Both the position numbers and the translations under genes were made by a program. Shown piece by piece: positions 18,480 to 20,819 of a stretch of 20,819 nucleotides of DNA (positions within the stretch are counted from its first letter, which is position 1; every line of letters starts with the position of its first letter). The DNA is from Planctomycetaceae bacterium (GTDB taxonomy: Bacteria; Planctomycetota; Planctomycetia; Pirellulales; DASRSE01). The stretch covers positions 1 to 20,819 of the forward strand of contig JAYUFG010000003.1 in the NCBI GenBank assembly GCA_043738845.1. Reading direction: 5' to 3'. The notes below the pieces were generated by a model. It saw only the letters and a list, made by a program, of their open reading frames with translations, did not search any database and had not been told where the DNA came from.

Positions 18480-19742
18480 ATGAAGACGAACGATTCTCTC
18501 ACTTTCGATTGCATAGTCATTGGCGGCGGGCCAGCGGGCACGACCGTCGCCGCGCTCGTGGCGCAGGCAGGGCATCGCGTGCTGCTCCTTGAGCGGGAGA
18601 AGTTTCCCCGCTTTCATGTGGGCGAGTCTCTCATGCCTGAGGCGTACTGGACGTTTCAACGCCTGGGCGTACTCGACAAAATGAAACAGAGCCACCATAC
18701 CAAAAAGTACAGTGTGCAATTCGTCAATCAGACGGGCAAGGAATCACAACCATTTTACTTCTTCGAGCAGTACGACCATGAGTCGTCGCAAACGTGGCAG
18801 ATTGTCCGTAGCGAATTCGATCAAATGCTGTTCGACAACGCTCGCGAAAAAGGGGCCGATTGTCGCGATCAAACTCGCGTTATGGAAGTTCTGTTTGAGG
18901 GCGACCGGGCGGTCGGTGTCAAAGCTCAAGCCGCCGATGGGACCGTTCAAGAATTTCGCAGTCGCGTGATCGTCGATGCGTCGGGGCTGGTCGCATTTAT
19001 TGCCAACCGACTAAAACTTGTCCAATCGATTCCTGAACTTCGCAAGTCGGCCATCTGGACCTATTTTAAGGGTGCCCGTCGCGAAGCCGGTTTTGACGAA
19101 GGGGCCACGCTCGTTCTGCACACCAGCGACAAGCAAGGTTGGTTTTGGTACATCCCGCTGGCCAACGACATTGTGAGCGTGGGCGTCGTCGGCAATGTTG
19201 ACTATTTGCTCAAAGGTCGCGGCACGCCCGAACAGATTTTCAACGAAGAACTCGACAACTGTGTCGCGGCCAAATCGCGTGTTGCGGTCGGCGAGCGGGT
19301 CGATGATTTTCGCGTCTTACGAGAATTTTCGTATGCCTCAAAGCAGCCCGCCGGAAATGGCTGGGTCTTGGTCGGAGATGCCTTCGCGTTTCTCGATCCG
19401 ATCTATTCGTCGGGCGTGTTTCTCGCGCTCAAGTCGGGCGAACTGGCCGCCGACTGTGTGGCCGATGCGCTGACCACGGGCGACACTTCCGCTGAACGAT
19501 TGGGCCGCTGGGTCGAGCCGTTTGCCGCCGGAATGCACTGGATTCGCAAACTGGTTTTTGCGTTCTACAACGATAATTTCAGCTTTGGCCAGTTCATGAA
19601 AGAGTTCCCGCAACACAAAGGAAATTTGACCGACCTGCTCGTCGGCAAAGTTTTTCATCCTTCGGCAGGTGAAATCTTCAAGGACATGCAACCGATACTG
19701 GACCGCATGCAAGAGGGCGAAGTTGCGGAAACGGCGAAGTAA
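18480..19742 (+). CDS. Flavin-dependent halogenase family protein (Trp_halogenase-type FAD enzyme)
   Basis: It has a GxGxxG motif (IVIGGGPAGTTVAA). The VGESLMP...HTKKYSVQFVN segment aligns to VGEATIP...SYKVAIKFIN of tryptophan halogenases, including the catalytic lysine. The WxWxIP signature is present (QGWFWYIPL). The C-terminal signature FxxPxxSxG is present (FLDPIYSSGV). Length is 420 aa. Confidence 0.75.
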   Translation: MKTNDSLTFDCIVIGGGPAGTTVAALVAQAGHRVLLLEREKFPRFHVGESLMPEAYWTFQRLGVLDKMKQSHHTKKYSVQFVNQTGKESQPFYFFEQYDHESSQTWQIVRSEFDQMLFDNAREKGADCRDQTRVMEVLFEGDRAVGVKAQAADGTVQEFRSRVIVDASGLVAFIANRLKLVQSIPELRKSAIWTYFKGARREAGFDEGATLVLHTSDKQGWFWYIPLANDIVSVGVVGNVDYLLKGRGTPEQIFNEELDNCVAAKSRVAVGERVDDFRVLREFSYASKQPAGNGWVLVGDAFAFLDPIYSSGVFLALKSGELAADCVADALTTGDTSAERLGRWVEPFAAGMHWIRKLVFAFYNDNFSFGQFMKEFPQHKGNLTDLLVGKVFHPSAGEIFKDMQPILDRMQEGEVAETAK

Positions 19743-19924
19743 TAGGTGTCAACCAACGCTCGGTATTCAACATCAGCGACGCGCAGCATTCCAGAAGTAC
19801 TTTTTCCAAATTGCTCGTTTCAAAAAAATCGGGCTTTGCTCAAATCGCCGTTCATGCGAAAATGCCCCATCGGTCGGCTCGCTTGTGAACCCGATCAAAT
19901 TGTCTCCCCGTTCAACATCGCATT

Positions 19925-20819
19925 ATGCGCCGCAAACAGGTTCTCAATTACTTGACGTATCTCGTAGTTCGCTGGTTTGTCTGTCTGATACAGGCATTGC
20001 CACTTGCGACGTGTCACCGGGCTTGCCGTTTTCTGGCGTGGTTGGCGGCCGATGTGGTCAAGCTCCGGCGGGAAGTCGTGCAGGAAAACCTCCAACACGC
20101 TTTTCCGGAAATGACCGACCGCGCTCGGGGCAAACTCATTCGTCGGATGTGGGAACATTTGTTCCTGATGGTGGTCGAGATTGCCCACGTGCCACGAAAA
20201 ATTCACGACACGAATTGGCGTGATTATTTTTCTTTTCAGAATGGTCATCGGGCGAGCGAAATCTTTTTCGATGGCCGGCCGGGGGTGGTCGTCTCGGCCC
20301 ATTTTGGTAATTTCGAATTGGGGGCGTATATCTTTGGTATTTTTCATTTTGAAACATGGTCGATCGCCCGCGAGTTGGATAATCCTTATCTGCATCGGTG
20401 GCTGAATGAATTTCGCGGCTCCAAGGGACAGTTTATTTTGCCGAAGCAAGGAAGTGCAGAAAAGGCAAATCAAGTTCTCGAGTCGGGCGGAACCCTCACG
20501 ATCTTGGCCGATCAATACGCGGGGCCAAAGGGGTGTTGGGTTGATTTTTTTGGTCGGCCCGCCAGCACGCATAAAGCGATTGCTCTGTTTTCGCTCGCAC
20601 ACAACGCACCCCTGGCGGTGATGTCGGCCCGGCGGCTCAGCAATCAACCACTCCATTATGAAATGGACGTAACGGCCGTCGCCGATCCGGCGCGGAATGA
20701 TCCCGAGACGCGCGGCGTTCGCGAACTAACGCAGTGGTACACGTCCAAACTGGAAGAGGTGATCCGCCGCTCGCCCGAACAATACTGGTGGATTCATCGT
20801 CGCTGGAAAGATCAACAAC
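19925..20819 (+). CDS. LpxL/HtrB-family (lipid A biosynthesis lauroyl/myristoyl-type) acyltransferase. It is partial and continues beyond the window end.
   Basis: Frame 2 is open from the ATG at 19925 (first ATG after an in-frame TGA at 19886) to the window end. The ORF track omits it because no stop lies in the window. The translation MRRKQVLNYLTYLVVRWF... contains the family acyltransferase motif SAHFGNFE (HxGNxE) and TILADQYAGPKG. The listed overlapping ORFs 19669..20223(+) and 19895..20656(-) are in other frames and probably spurious. Confidence 0.75.
   Translation, partial: MRRKQVLNYLTYLVVRWFVCLIQALPLATCHRACRFLAWLAADVVKLRREVVQENLQHAFPEMTDRARGKLIRRMWEHLFLMVVEIAHVPRKIHDTNWRDYFSFQNGHRASEIFFDGRPGVVVSAHFGNFELGAYIFGIFHFETWSIARELDNPYLHRWLNEFRGSKGQFILPKQGSAEKANQVLESGGTLTILADQYAGPKGCWVDFFGRPASTHKAIALFSLAHNAPLAVMSARRLSNQPLHYEMDVTAVADPARNDPETRGVRELTQWYTSKLEEVIRRSPEQYWWIHRRWKDQQ

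Noticed and set aside
19669-20656. Listed ORFs 19669..20223 (+, 184 aa) and 19895..20656 (-, 253 aa)
   Set aside because: They are in different frames from the open frame-2 ORF, which carries a recognisable LpxL-family HxGNxE motif. Their translations are Arg/Pro-rich with no domains.

Overview
This ~20.8 kb window (about 55% GC) is mostly coding. Its gene content (squalene-hopene cyclase, prenyltransferase/squalene-oxidase-repeat proteins, very large secreted helical proteins) suggests Planctomycetota; this is an inference, not a verified assignment. From the left, the window holds a PepP-type M24B Xaa-Pro aminopeptidase, then a 1000-aa protein with a long unrecognised N-terminal region fused to an M28 Zn-aminopeptidase domain. 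Next come a convergent MFS transporter and an SPFH/slipin-like protein (both on the minus strand). The intergenic region that follows contains a heptamer tandem repeat, several palindromes and a tRNA-like gene on the minus strand. That tRNA-like gene has an Arg-type D-arm, anticodon ACU and an interrupted acceptor stem. The right half is a co-directional block of seven plus-strand genes. In order they are: a membrane-anchored alpha-alpha-toroid (prenyltransferase/squalene-oxidase repeat) protein; a ~975-aa Lys/Ala/Glu-rich secreted helical-repeat protein; squalene-hopene cyclase (DxDDTA motif present); a fusion of a Cys-rich DUF116-like domain with a trans-polyprenyl diphosphate synthase whose second Asp-rich motif is degenerate (NDxxD); a small chorismate-lyase(UbiC)-like protein; a 420-aa flavin-dependent halogenase-family enzyme with every signature element (GxGxxG, VGES..K, WxWxIP, FxxPxxSxG); and an LpxL/HtrB-family acyltransferase that runs off the 3' end of the window and is absent from the ORF track. 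The strongest candidate for a novel system is the terpenoid/halogenase block at 13.8-19.7 kb. No CRISPR array, transposase or integrase was seen.
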